Virus record (IMG/VR): IMGVR_UViG_3300020411_003715
Location: 64,001-128,000 of that record
Origin: a virus
Reading direction: 5' to 3' (one strand)
DNA length: 64,000 nt
Shown here: piece after piece, positions 18,320 through 26,753 of the stretch
How the letters are laid out: every line of letters begins with the position of its first letter
Position numbering within the stretch: position 1 is the first letter of the stretch
The notes under the pieces: model-generated
The model's input: the letters and a program-made list of their open reading frames with translations, nothing else
Databases searched by the model: none
What the model was told of the DNA's origin: nothing
Translations under genes and position numbers: made by a program

Positions 18320-19681
18320 ATGGCATATAAGTGGCAACAAGCAGCCGCAGAGAATGTTTGGTTCGAGACCGCATTTTCTGGTGGCACATTTGCAACATGG
18401 TCGGGCAGCGCATCGTCCCTCGCGGGCGCGCTTTCCCCATATCTTACTTCCTCAAACGCGTCCTCGACGTATTTGACCCAGTCGTCTGCGGCTTCGACGT
18501 ATTTGACTATTTCAAATGCTGCGTCGACGTACCAGACCGCGTCTGCAATGTCGAGCTACTCGACTACTTCGCAGATGAACACCGCTATTGCTGCGGCTGT
18601 TTCTGGCGCGAAGGTTCCGACGTCCTGGCTTGACCCAGTCCAGAGCACGGTATCTTCGGCACCCAGTGGCCCCTCCTCTGGCGACCGACACCTTTGCTCT
18701 GGCTCTATTTCTGGCGTCAGCGGAACTGCCGCTGGTGACATCATCGAGTATAACGGATCGGCGTGGACAGTAGTGTTCGACAGCAGCGCTGACGGTGAAG
18801 AAGGGGTGATGTTCTATCACCAAGGTCTTGACCAGCTTTACTTCTTACCGTCTGGCGGTGGAACTTGGCAGCAGATTGGTAGCGCCCTCGGTGGCGATGT
18901 CATGCTCGACTCCGAGTTTGCTAGTGCGTTCGCAAGCGCAGTTGCTTCTGACAGCACTATTGCTGCAAACACCGCTAAGGTAAGCAACGTTTCGACAAAT
19001 CTGTCGAACACCGCCAGCACCACCGCCGTTACGATTCACTCGTCTGATGGTAATGATACCTCTATTTCTGCAGCAAGCACTAGTGCTGCGGGTGTCATGA
19101 CCGCCGCTCATGCTACTGCGATTGCGGCAAACACCGCAAAGGACACCTTCCCTGGGTTTGGCACTTCGTCGGGAACGGCACTTGAGGGTAACACGACCAC
19201 CATCACTGGTGCTCAGGCTTCGGCCATCGCCGCAAGCACTTCTGGTGTTGCGAGTAACTTGAGCGCTATTGGTACCATCAACAATCTTACCACGGCCTTG
19301 GGTGCTAGTGACCTTGTTGCTGCTGTTAATGCTCTTGCGAGCCGACAAAGCAACGCTGGTACTGCACTTGATCCTGCCGACGCCTCTACCGGGTATACTA
19401 TTAGCAGCCCCGGTAAGTACTGGATGCAGGGGACCCTGTCCGCAGACGCGACCTTGACGCTTCCCGCTTCTTCGGGGCTTTCGGATGGCGCGACTATTGG
19501 GATCAAGCTTCAGGGTTTAGGATCGGGTAAACACCTGACCGTTGACGTGAATTCGGCGGACTCGGGCGTTAAGATCGATGGCCAGGATGAAATTGATATT
19601 GATGTTGCATACGCAGCGCTTTCTTTCGTTTACCAGAGCAACAGTGATGGCAACAACACTAAGGCCTGGATGGTCATGTAA
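18320..19681 (+). CDS. Virion fibre/decoration-like protein, Ser/Thr/Ala-rich
   Basis: AGGAG before ATG 18320; WLDPV...APSGPSSGDRHL...GDIIEYNGSAW module; C-terminal ...IDIDVAYAALSFVY...WMVM typical of fibre modules. Confidence 0.7.
   Translation: MAYKWQQAAAENVWFETAFSGGTFATWSGSASSLAGALSPYLTSSNASSTYLTQSSAASTYLTISNAASTYQTASAMSSYSTTSQMNTAIAAAVSGAKVPTSWLDPVQSTVSSAPSGPSSGDRHLCSGSISGVSGTAAGDIIEYNGSAWTVVFDSSADGEEGVMFYHQGLDQLYFLPSGGGTWQQIGSALGGDVMLDSEFASAFASAVASDSTIAANTAKVSNVSTNLSNTASTTAVTIHSSDGNDTSISAASTSAAGVMTAAHATAIAANTAKDTFPGFGTSSGTALEGNTTTITGAQASAIAASTSGVASNLSAIGTINNLTTALGASDLVAAVNALASRQSNAGTALDPADASTGYTISSPGKYWMQGTLSADATLTLPASSGLSDGATIGIKLQGLGSGKHLTVDVNSADSGVKIDGQDEIDIDVAYAALSFVYQSNSDGNNTKAWMVM
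18451..18540 (+). repeat. Three 30-nt / 10-aa tandem repeats (SxA(A/S)STY(L/Q)T)
   Basis: tcgacgta(tttg/ccag)ac recurs with a 30-nt period. Confidence 0.8.
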
Positions 19682-19705
19682 TCCGGTCTGAGCTTAGTAT
19701 TAGCT

Positions 19706-19748
19706 AAAAATAAGGGTGGGGGCTTAATTGCCCTCACCCTTTCTTTTT
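19706..19748. terminator. Bidirectional intrinsic terminator
   Basis: AAAAAT-AAGGGTGGGGGC-TTAATT-GCCCTCACCCTT-TCTTTTT between convergent genes. Confidence 0.8.
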
Positions 19749-20235
19749 ATGTCACGTTTGTGTTCCTCGTGTACGCGCCAGCAAGGTCTTCTTGACCGTC
19801 TGCCACAAGCGCATGCTCTTTCCAGAACGCAACACAACGTGCGTACTCTTCCATTTCCCGTGCATCCCATGGCTCGCGAGGGCTCGAACTCTCTGCCCTA
19901 GAACCGTACATGGTGAAACAAACTCCGCCACGAATACCGATAACCACAATATTCCTAGCGGGGCGGTATTCACGACGAACCATTCTAGAGGGGCCCCGAC
20001 GCTCCCCCCGCTGCATGTAGAACACGCTTGACTCTTCAACAGGAGCGTCCCCCGCTGCGGGACCGTATAGCCCGCATGGGACAGTCCCCAGGTGCTCGGG
20101 GAGAGGAACCACTTCAAGGATGAAGGACTCCTCCGGCCTATCGAGAAGCCGGGGTAGGGTTTGTACGTAGTTTGTCTGCTCTTCGGTCAGATCGTGATCG
20201 TCATGAGCGACGTGGGTAAATACCGTGGGTGACAT
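19747..20235 (-). CDS. Conserved hypothetical phage protein
   Basis: AAGGAGG RBS; SRMV...TMYG...PREPWD...FWKEHAL motifs. Confidence 0.8.
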   Translation of the reverse strand: MSPTVFTHVAHDDHDLTEEQTNYVQTLPRLLDRPEESFILEVVPLPEHLGTVPCGLYGPAAGDAPVEESSVFYMQRGERRGPSRMVRREYRPARNIVVIGIRGGVCFTMYGSRAESSSPREPWDAREMEEYARCVAFWKEHALVADGQEDLAGAYTRNTNVT

Positions 20236-20335
20236 AAGTCCTCCTTGTGATCTTTTTTCTGCATTTAGTTGAAATAGCTATTTGCTACCCAACTATTACT
20301 GAGTAATAATTATAATTGTAGACAAAGGATTGCGC

Positions 20336-20506
20336 GTGGCTGAACCCATTCCCCCGAAAGATCTTACCGAGAAGATTGTAGAGGAATGGCTACAGAAGGC
20401 CACAATGCGAGAGCTTAATATATTCCACGACAGGAATAAGATTATAGTCTGGCTATGTCGCGCCTTGCTCAGGGCCTGGAGGGACAAAGCCCCTCCTAGC
20501 CCTTGA
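20336..20506 (+). CDS. Small hypothetical protein (56 aa, not in track)
   Basis: GTG after AAAGGA; MAEPIPPKDLTEKIVEEWLQK...; TATAAT upstream. Confidence 0.45.
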   Translation: MAEPIPPKDLTEKIVEEWLQKATMRELNIFHDRNKIIVWLCRALLRAWRDKAPPSP

Positions 20507-20987
20507 CTACAATCTGACGCTTTCGGCGGTGAAAGCTTGGGTTAAGTGCCGCTGCTTTGTATTCAATGATACAGCACCCGTAACCAATATCTTTCACCCT
20601 ACCGTCAATGCACTCGATCTTTTGGTAGTCACCCACACGCTCGTGGAGGACAACACCCAGGCCGTACTTCCTAGATCTTTGGTACCAATACTCGCCATTG
20701 AACACTTCCCACCCGCAGGAAAGCATAGCCTCCCATCGAGCCATAGCCCCATCCATGCTGTATGTGCTGCAGTAGTCTTCGCCAGCAATACCGATAGAAA
20801 CAACCCTTACGGCGGGCTTGTTCCTAAGATCAAACAGGATGAACCATTCAGGGGTGTCAGACAAAGAACCCTTCTCGTCTATACTGTTGCGTGCACTACT
20901 CTCTCGCGCAGGGTTTACCAGAAACTGAGTAGCCCCATTGCTTATAATATCAAAAGAAGTTGGGTTTGGTGGCAGTTCATTCCTCAA
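20496..20987 (-). CDS. Hypothetical protein
   Basis: 163 aa; GAGG RBS. Confidence 0.65.
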   Translation of the reverse strand: MRNELPPNPTSFDIISNGATQFLVNPARESSARNSIDEKGSLSDTPEWFILFDLRNKPAVRVVSIGIAGEDYCSTYSMDGAMARWEAMLSCGWEVFNGEYWYQRSRKYGLGVVLHERVGDYQKIECIDGRVKDIGYGCCIIEYKAAALNPSFHRRKRQIVVKG

Positions 20988-21076
20988 ATCTTTTCCCCTT
21001 ATGTTTTAGATTTCTAGACCTCCCCACAAGGACATCATAGTCCCTGTTGTGGTGTTTTCCTGCGTGGTTCCCAGAC

Positions 21077-21295
21077 CTAACTGCTAGCATCATGCTCGCC
21101 ACACATCGCTGCTTCGGCAGCTTTTTCTTTTTCGATTTCATGTCCGCCTCCGGAGTTCATGTGGTTGTAGATAAGTGTTTTTATGCAGGGCTCGCACCAA
21201 GCGCCCGAGTGCTCCGTGGATACGTACCTGTCGCCCGAAGAACTCTTACACCCAGAACAGCTACCATCCCCACTATCAGTGCGTCTTAGGAACAT
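21077..21295 (-). CDS. Small Cys-rich (Zn-binding) protein
   Basis: CSGC...CEPC; AGGAGG RBS. Confidence 0.6.
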   Translation of the reverse strand: MFLRRTDSGDGSCSGCKSSSGDRYVSTEHSGAWCEPCIKTLIYNHMNSGGGHEIEKEKAAEAAMCGEHDASS

Positions 21296-21346
21296 TTTAT
21301 TTATCCTCCTTCCTTACCCTAAAAGGTATCCGCTAATATATTATAT

Positions 21347-21685
21347 ATGAAGAGGCACTCCATATTATTAGCGTCCATCATCCTTGGCTTAATTGGGTTT
21401 GGGACACTTTTGGGGTGTTCCGAGGGCCAAAAACAGCGACCGCCGCTTGTCTGCCAATGGTCAATTATTACCATGCAGGGCGGGATCTCCGTAGTTAGAG
21501 ATGGAAATCCTTCGGAAAAGGATGTAAAAGGCCTAATTGGTTCTGGGGTCGGTTTCTCACAGAGGGTCGAGAAAGAGATCGTCTGTAAGGCCGAAGCTGC
21601 TAATAATACATTTATTAGCAATCAGCCAACGCCTACTACCGCACCCCCTAAGACCGATGAAGGAACCTGGGCTTATAATTATTAG
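21347..21685 (+). CDS. Putative lipoprotein
   Basis: MKRH + hydrophobic core + LLGC lipobox. Confidence 0.7.
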   Translation: MKRHSILLASIILGLIGFGTLLGCSEGQKQRPPLVCQWSIITMQGGISVVRDGNPSEKDVKGLIGSGVGFSQRVEKEIVCKAEAANNTFISNQPTPTTAPPKTDEGTWAYNY

Positions 21686-21696
21686 CGAGTAATAAT

Positions 21697-21951
21697 TTGA
21701 AATTCTGGAAAGTATTAGCGACAGTCCTGCCTACTGAAGAGAAAATCAGTTTTATTGTGCAGAGTCCTGACATCTACTCAGCGTCCAAGATCAAGGACAC
21801 ACTTATCGAGGTTCATCCCGAGTACAAGAGTGTCCGTGTCAAAGAGACCGAGCGACCCTCTTGGATGGAGTTCTCTTACGGCGAAGCGGATAAGAAGCCA
21901 CCAAGACCTAAGCCTTCCGAAGCTCAAGAAGCTCCTCAAGAAGAGGCCTAA
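21697..21951 (+). CDS. Hypothetical protein
   Basis: 84 aa, follows the lipoprotein. Confidence 0.55.
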   Translation: MKFWKVLATVLPTEEKISFIVQSPDIYSASKIKDTLIEVHPEYKSVRVKETERPSWMEFSYGEADKKPPRPKPSEAQEAPQEEA

Positions 21952-22195
21952 GCCAATTCCAGCAGGCATCGTCTAGTTGGAATGTAGATCCTTGCCCGTT
22001 TTCACCTACGTAGACAGAGACACCAGGGCCCATGGCTACTATGGAAGCGCCTAGATCTTTTACGAGTTCTAGGTCTTCTTTGATTATATCACCAAGAGCT
22101 TCCCGGTCATTTACTAAATATCTAGGGGTGTAGTCTGCGCTTTGAATCGTGCTTCTTCCCATCTTCCGGCCTCGTGGTGGGTTGGGGTTTCTCAA
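21908..22195 (-). CDS. Hypothetical protein
   Basis: Likely start ATG 22162 (MGRST). Confidence 0.55.
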   Translation of the reverse strand: MRNPNPPRGRKMGRSTIQSADYTPRYLVNDREALGDIIKEDLELVKDLGASIVAMGPGVSVYVGENGQGSTFQLDDACWNWLRPLLEELLELRKA

Positions 22196-22236
22196 AAATG
22201 AATGACTGCTCGTAGTCAGGGTAATTGGTGTGCGCC

Positions 22237-22446
22237 TTAGTTGTCATCAGGTTCTCCGATCCCGAGAAAGTTATAATCGCCGGACCTTACCGCACAAACG
22301 TCTGCAGTAACAGCGTCTTTATAGTCATTTCTCTTTGTCTCCGAGTCCTTACAGTCGAAGCATATCAATCGAGTAGAATACATAGACATGATATGACCGT
22401 TCGTACTTTTGTTGCACCTTTGGCATACACCCTCCCATTTTGTCAT
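22237..22446 (-). CDS. Small Zn-binding phage protein
   Basis: CQRC...MSMY...ICFDCK; ATGA overlap. Confidence 0.7.
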   Translation of the reverse strand: MTKWEGVCQRCNKSTNGHIMSMYSTRLICFDCKDSETKRNDYKDAVTADVCAVRSGDYNFLGIGEPDDN

Positions 22447-22583
22447 AGAATGATCTCCACCACCCTTGAACAGCTAGCGTCGTTGCCGCATCCTGGGCAC
22501 ATGCTGCTGAACACAGACCCGTGCTCAACGCTAAGGAAGCTTGTGTTGCAACCAGGGCATTGATGCCATTCATTCGGACTCAT
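22443..22583 (-). CDS. Zn-ribbon peptide
   Basis: CPGC...CPGC; start trimmed from track 22658. Confidence 0.55.
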   Translation of the reverse strand: MSPNEWHQCPGCNTSFLSVEHGSVFSSMCPGCGNDASCSRVVEIIL

Positions 22584-23019
22584 AGAGATCTGGGGTTGGT
22601 GATAGTCGTTTCCGGGGGCGTGTAATCTCAGTGACATCTGATTTGTTGATCCTAGCATTGGATTCTCCTTCCCACAAAGGGGCTAGAACTAGAGTTTTTG
22701 CATTTACTTCGGCTACGATCCGAGATCGAAACCCATTCTTGTAGTATGTGACGACATCACCCTTCTTAGGCTTGTTAGCCCCTACCGAGGCGTGTGCGTC
22801 ATACACAGTCTTATATTTTCCGGCCTCAAGAGTGATCCATGCTTTACAGAGAATGGTCTTAAACCACTTCCTAAACTCTGCAGCATTCCACCGACCACTG
22901 GGGCATTTGTTTTTCCTGAACCATTCCGCAAGCTCGTCGCTAATCTCAAGATCGATAATTGTTTTCTTCTCGTCTGTCACAGCGTCGAACACAGATACGG
23001 AGAACTTTTCCTCTTCCAT
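22570..23019 (-). CDS. Hypothetical protein with a KOW/SH3-like C-terminus
   Basis: GGAGG before ATG 23019; KKGDVVTYY...RIVAEV. Confidence 0.7.
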   Translation of the reverse strand: MEEEKFSVSVFDAVTDEKKTIIDLEISDELAEWFRKNKCPSGRWNAAEFRKWFKTILCKAWITLEAGKYKTVYDAHASVGANKPKKGDVVTYYKNGFRSRIVAEVNAKTLVLAPLWEGESNARINKSDVTEITRPRKRLSPTPDLYESE

Positions 23020-23221
23020 AAAACCTCCAGTATCAACTGTTAATAAAAGAAAAGACACTCATCGCAGCCACCATTGTTTTGGTGACTGCGACGAGTGTCC
23101 AAGTAGGCACCGTGTCGCCGATGCCTGTGCGTACCAACGCCAGTCCCACAGAGAGGAAGGAGGGCCCTCTGGAGCATAAATCGCTCCTAAGACAGCGTGG
23201 TAATTCTATACGCTGGGATCG

Positions 23222-24805
23222 TTACCCATCCAGATCGACTAGCTCGATCTCACCCACGAAATTCTCGGGCTCGTAGTTCCCCGAGGCAAAACGTGAGATA
23301 ACCTCAAACGTATTGTCGGAGAACCCGCCGATATTGAGGATGTCCTCCCTATCGTGAGCCTGCGTAGATCCGTAGGGCTGGATGTCGATACAGACCAGCT
23401 TCGCGTTGGGGTTACGCGACTTATAGGTGTTCCACTCCTGCATCACAGAGGTACCGGCGTCGTTATACCAGTAGCTCCGCTCCTCACCCTCAGGCCTGAC
23501 CCAAGACTCGTTATCGCTAACGTACACCACAAGGTTACCCGTGTGGTTAGTCTCATTCAGATGCTGAAGAGCGAGTGCGCAGTATGTACCGCCACCACCG
23601 TAGTTGGCCAGCGTTTGAGCGTTCTCAAGAACACTCTCACTGTCCCACTTAACGGTGTGCACGCTCGTATCAAAAGGCACAACCGTACAACGGTCTCCAG
23701 CCTTATGATGGAACGCGGACGCCACGAGAGCGGCTACGTCAATGCAGCGAACCTTAGAGGATGCGCCTGGACGATCACCTGTAACAGACCATGACATCGA
23801 CCCCGAAACATCCGGGAGGATGGCCACACCACCATCTACGTCAGGGATGTTCGCAAGGGAACTATCCACTGCGCTCTCAAGCGCCTGACGGATGGGAGCA
23901 GGAACCTGCTCGTCGGCATTCATGTACGCAGCCAGTAGCTGGTACGGGAATACCCGTGCTTTGGCAATGATATCCTTATCGGAAAGTCGCTCAGCGACCA
24001 CATCAATAAGCTCCGGATGACTCTCGAACACTCCGTGTCTTTGTGCGGTGTTCAGGTTCATGCGGGTCATATGCCAGCCACCCTCCCGGATGATCGCCGC
24101 CCACTCCTCAGTCCCCAATTCCTTGGAGGTGAGAAGCTGGAAAGGGGCCCAAGACACACTGTTGAAAGAAACGTCTTCGCCGTTCTTCCATCGGATGTAG
24201 TCTCGAACCCGCATGGGCAGATGTTCCATGTCGTAGGGTTTGTCTATAAGATACGAGAACATAGCGTTCTGCGCAGGATTGACCGCCTTAGGGTGAACCA
24301 TCTTGATGATGTCCCCCAAGGAGGGCTTATTGCCAACACTGTCTCGAAGCAGTTGCTCGGGAGTTCTACCCGTAAGGTAGTTCCGAACAAGGCGACGAGG
24401 AGCATGGCCGAAAGACTTCCTACCAGTCACGCCGGAACGGATAGTCTGCGCGAAGTTTCGCAGCATCTTTCCGTTGTCGATGACCCGAGGGAAAACCTTC
24501 TTCAGGTTATCCAGGTCATGCTTGGCAAGCCAAGCGCATAGAACAGCAGGGACATCTTTCATGTATCCCTTCGTTCGGGCATAGACCGCAGCCTTTGCGA
24601 CGAACTCAGATTCAATCTGCGGAAGAACGTTGTCCATCAGGTTGGTCAGTTGCTCTTGCGCGCTGCTGTATGCAGCATTCGAGAATGTGCCAGTCATTGC
24701 GTACTGGGCAAGCTCATGCTTCGGGTCAAAGGCGTATGCCTCACCACCAGCGTTGTTTGTAGTGTTGACAGGTCGGGTGCTTGTTGTGAACAAGTCGGTA
24801 TTCAT
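23222..24805 (-). CDS. rsr: Ro60/Rsr ortholog (TROVE + vWA RNA-binding protein)
   Basis: TROVE motifs VYARTKGYMKDVP, VIDNGKMLRNF, SLGDIIKMVHPK, RMNLNT, RVFPYQLLAAY; vWA DVSGSMS, GGGT, SDNESW, GGFSD; AGGAGG RBS. Confidence 0.96.
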   Translation of the reverse strand: MNTDLFTTSTRPVNTTNNAGGEAYAFDPKHELAQYAMTGTFSNAAYSSAQEQLTNLMDNVLPQIESEFVAKAAVYARTKGYMKDVPAVLCAWLAKHDLDNLKKVFPRVIDNGKMLRNFAQTIRSGVTGRKSFGHAPRRLVRNYLTGRTPEQLLRDSVGNKPSLGDIIKMVHPKAVNPAQNAMFSYLIDKPYDMEHLPMRVRDYIRWKNGEDVSFNSVSWAPFQLLTSKELGTEEWAAIIREGGWHMTRMNLNTAQRHGVFESHPELIDVVAERLSDKDIIAKARVFPYQLLAAYMNADEQVPAPIRQALESAVDSSLANIPDVDGGVAILPDVSGSMSWSVTGDRPGASSKVRCIDVAALVASAFHHKAGDRCTVVPFDTSVHTVKWDSESVLENAQTLANYGGGGTYCALALQHLNETNHTGNLVVYVSDNESWVRPEGEERSYWYNDAGTSVMQEWNTYKSRNPNAKLVCIDIQPYGSTQAHDREDILNIGGFSDNTFEVISRFASGNYEPENFVGEIELVDLDG

Positions 24806-24846
24806 GAGAACCTCCTAAGGCCATGACAAAGAGTTGAGAGAGAAAT

Positions 24847-25006
24847 TTCCGACAAGGAGTTACTGAAGAAGTTAGTTGAGAGAGACAAGCTCTCTCGGTA
24901 AAGAGGAGAGTGCTCTCCTCAAACTCGGATAGTTTCTGTGTCCCAGAGGGATCAACTTACTATCGTCTGTTGCCTTCTTTGATGTATTCCTCAGTGGCAT
25001 TCGGAA
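24847..25006 (-). ncRNA. Y-RNA-like RNA 3 (long, 160 nt)
   Basis: TTCCGAATGCC...CCTTGTCGGAA closing helix; ACTGAGGAA/TTCTTCAGT stem; TACAT motif; internal hairpins GAGGAGA/TCTCCTC, GAGAGAG/CTCTCTC, GATAGT/ACTATC. Confidence 0.8.
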
Positions 25007-25016
25007 AAAAGAGAAA

Positions 25017-25081
25017 GCCCAACAAGGGTGTACACTAGAGATAATTAATCAGTGGTATGTACTCCAGCGCGGCATTTGGGC
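25017..25081 (-). ncRNA. Y-RNA-like RNA 2 (minimal, 65 nt)
   Basis: GCCCAAATGCC-GCGCTGGAG-TACAT-loop-CTCTAGTGT-ACACCCTTGTTGGGC. Confidence 0.8.
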
Positions 25082-25090
25082 AGAAAGGGC

Positions 25091-25152
25091 GGCTGACAAG
25101 GATGTGTAGCAGTTACTTTAGTTCGGTATGTAAACCGCTACGGCATTCAGCC
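25091..25152 (-). ncRNA. Y-RNA-like RNA 1 (minimal, 62 nt)
   Basis: GGCTGAATGCC-GTAGCGGTT-TACAT-loop-AACTGCTAC-ACATCCTTGTCAGCC. Confidence 0.8.
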
Positions 25153-25164
25153 AAAGTTAAAAAC

Positions 25165-25290
25165 TCTACAAGAGAGAATCTCCCCCCCGAGGTGTAATGA
25201 TATACAGATTTATCTGTAGTACACAAGCGCGCATAGGCGCTCATTTATATCATTACCCCTCGGAGGGGAAGAGAGGCTCTCCGGGCTAGA
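25165..25290 (-). ncRNA. Long structured hairpin, possible fourth divergent Y-like RNA
   Basis: ~27-bp imperfect inverted repeat (25179-25204 vs 25246-25271) capped by two small hairpins; base ends in CTTGT but has no AATGCC. Confidence 0.45.
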
Positions 25291-25606
25291 CCCAGCGACC
25301 CACGCTCGAAACGACATCGCTGTCGTTGAGCTTGTGGTCGAAGGCAGCATCCAAGTCGCCGAACTTGGAAGCCCAGAAGAGCCGAGACCCGCTATTGGTC
25401 ACGCACATCCAAATGGTGCGCTTGGTGACCCCGTCACCTTTCTGAATCTCGGTCCAGGAAAGGCCGGCGGAGACGACGTCGCAAGTGGCGTGCCACTCAC
25501 GTTCGTGAACTCCGAAGCGGATCCCCTGACCTTCGAGATGTTCAATGTCACGAAGGTCAAGAGCGCTGATGTTGCCAGCGCGGGCGATAAAGTTTGCGGT
25601 AGCCAT
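25286..25606 (-). CDS. Hypothetical protein
   Basis: AGGAGG RBS; directly upstream of the Y-RNA/Ro60 unit. Confidence 0.75.
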   Translation of the reverse strand: MATANFIARAGNISALDLRDIEHLEGQGIRFGVHEREWHATCDVVSAGLSWTEIQKGDGVTKRTIWMCVTNSGSRLFWASKFGDLDAAFDHKLNDSDVVSSVGRWV

Positions 25607-25675
25607 AAGGCACCTCCTATAGGTTGTGGGTTATAAAAGCAGCATGATGAAATACATATGGACTCCATCACTATT

Positions 25676-25704
25676 CTTATCCCAATAAACACCCTCAGTT
25701 TTGC
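25676..25704 (-). promoter_or_regulatory. Putative promoter GCAA-N19-GATAAG
   Basis: Motif upstream of 25606; candidate promoter of the Y-RNA/Ro60 unit. Confidence 0.6.
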
Positions 25705-25718
25705 ACCACGTATAGGGT

Positions 25719-25746
25719 AAAAACAGAGGGGGAAAATCCCCCCCTG
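25719..25746 (-). terminator. Possible intrinsic terminator
   Basis: CAGGGGGGG-ATTTT-CCCCCTCTG-TTTT after the 25785 stop. Confidence 0.5.
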
Positions 25747-25784
25747 CCTGCTGCTAAACCCACAAGCCCGTAGGCATGTGTAGG

Positions 25785-25946
25785 TTAGGAAGCTGACGTG
25801 GCCTCTGCGGCCTTTCGAGCCTGACGCTCGTTGAGCTTTACGTCGACTGCGTGAAGCACACGAGTAGTGGCCCAGAAAGAGGCAACGAAGCATGCGCAGT
25901 GAGTTGCGGTCTTTGCGAGTACGATAGCGAATTCCTTATTCATCAT
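25785..25946 (-). CDS. Small protein (53 aa, not in track)
   Basis: AGGAGG RBS; MMNKEFAIVLAKTATHCACFVASFWATTRVL...; promoter upstream. Confidence 0.65.
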   Translation of the reverse strand: MMNKEFAIVLAKTATHCACFVASFWATTRVLHAVDVKLNERQARKAAEATSAS

Positions 25947-26003
25947 TCCCTCCTAGGGACAAGTTGTGTTTACGAAGCAATCCTAATGGATCCCTTCATT
26001 ATT

Positions 26004-26032
26004 CTTATGCCTAAAACAGAGGTCGTTTTTGC
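26004..26032 (-). promoter_or_regulatory. Putative promoter GCAA-N19-CATAAG
   Basis: Motif upstream of 25946. Confidence 0.6.
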
Positions 26033-26095
26033 ACTATTTTATGCCCAATTTATTATTAGCTAATAAACGCCCGAAGGCGCATAATGAGGTCTGAG

Positions 26096-26500
26096 CTAGT
26101 AGAGAGAGTCAGCGTCTGAAAATACAAACACTGTTTCCTCTTCATGGACGGATGCCCGCCCACGCTCAAACCCCAGCTTTGGTGCCAGCTCTCCTGCAAG
26201 GAGACTTAATACCTCACACGCTAGCCAGTTATCTGGCGACACGCAGATCGAATCATTAAGTATACGCACTCGCGTGCGACCAAATTGATCTTTGTCGAGG
26301 CTGCAATCCCCACTAGTATAATCCTGTAATACAGCGCGTGACACTAATCGAGCGGTGTAGTACAAGCGATAATGGATTGATACGCCTGCGTTCGGAAATA
26401 ATCGAACGAGTGGCCGCATCAAGAATACGGGGAGCAAGTATAAAATAAGCACCATAAGTACAATCGAAGCTAGAATTGCGGCTAGGACCGTTAGCATCAC
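26096..26500 (-). CDS. Membrane-anchored hypothetical protein
   Basis: N-terminal hydrophobic stretch; overlaps the upstream stop. Confidence 0.7.
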   Translation of the reverse strand: MMLTVLAAILASIVLMVLILYLLPVFLMRPLVRLFPNAGVSIHYRLYYTARLVSRAVLQDYTSGDCSLDKDQFGRTRVRILNDSICVSPDNWLACEVLSLLAGELAPKLGFERGRASVHEEETVFVFSDADSLY

Positions 26501-26634
26501 TCAATCTCTACGCGGAACTTTGAGTTCTTTGTCAACTCATCTACCCAAACCAACGCCAGTTGGCTTAGGACTTGTACCGCGACAGGTACGAGAACACTTG
26601 CTAAAAGCACTTTGCCTAGTTCTTTTCCATTCAT
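26497..26634 (-). CDS. Small membrane protein (45 aa, not in track)
   Basis: AAGGAGG RBS; MNGKELGKVLLASVLVPVAVQVLSQLALVWV... Confidence 0.65.
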   Translation of the reverse strand: MNGKELGKVLLASVLVPVAVQVLSQLALVWVDELTKNSKFRVEIE

Positions 26635-26710
26635 GGAAGCCTCCTTCTATGTGAAACAGTTTGCGATGTACTGTGTACAAAGCGGGTCTAAGACGTTCAG
26701 ACCCATGATG

Positions 26711-26738
26711 CTTATACCAATCAAATATGAAATACTGC
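26711..26738 (-). promoter_or_regulatory. Putative promoter GCAG-N18-TATAAG
   Basis: One-mismatch copy upstream of 26634. Confidence 0.5.
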
Positions 26739-26753
26739 ATAGCAGGAGGAAGC

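Noticed and set aside
20942-20947. Extra TATAAG promoter candidates at 20942 and 2844
   Set aside because: Both lie inside ORFs and lack a correctly spaced GCAA.
23354-24541. Plus-strand ORFs opposite Ro60
   Set aside because: Antisense shadows of a highly conserved gene.
24847-25290. CRISPR array
   Set aside because: Units are not identical repeats with spacers; each is a self-paired hairpin with covarying stems, and there are no cas genes in the window.
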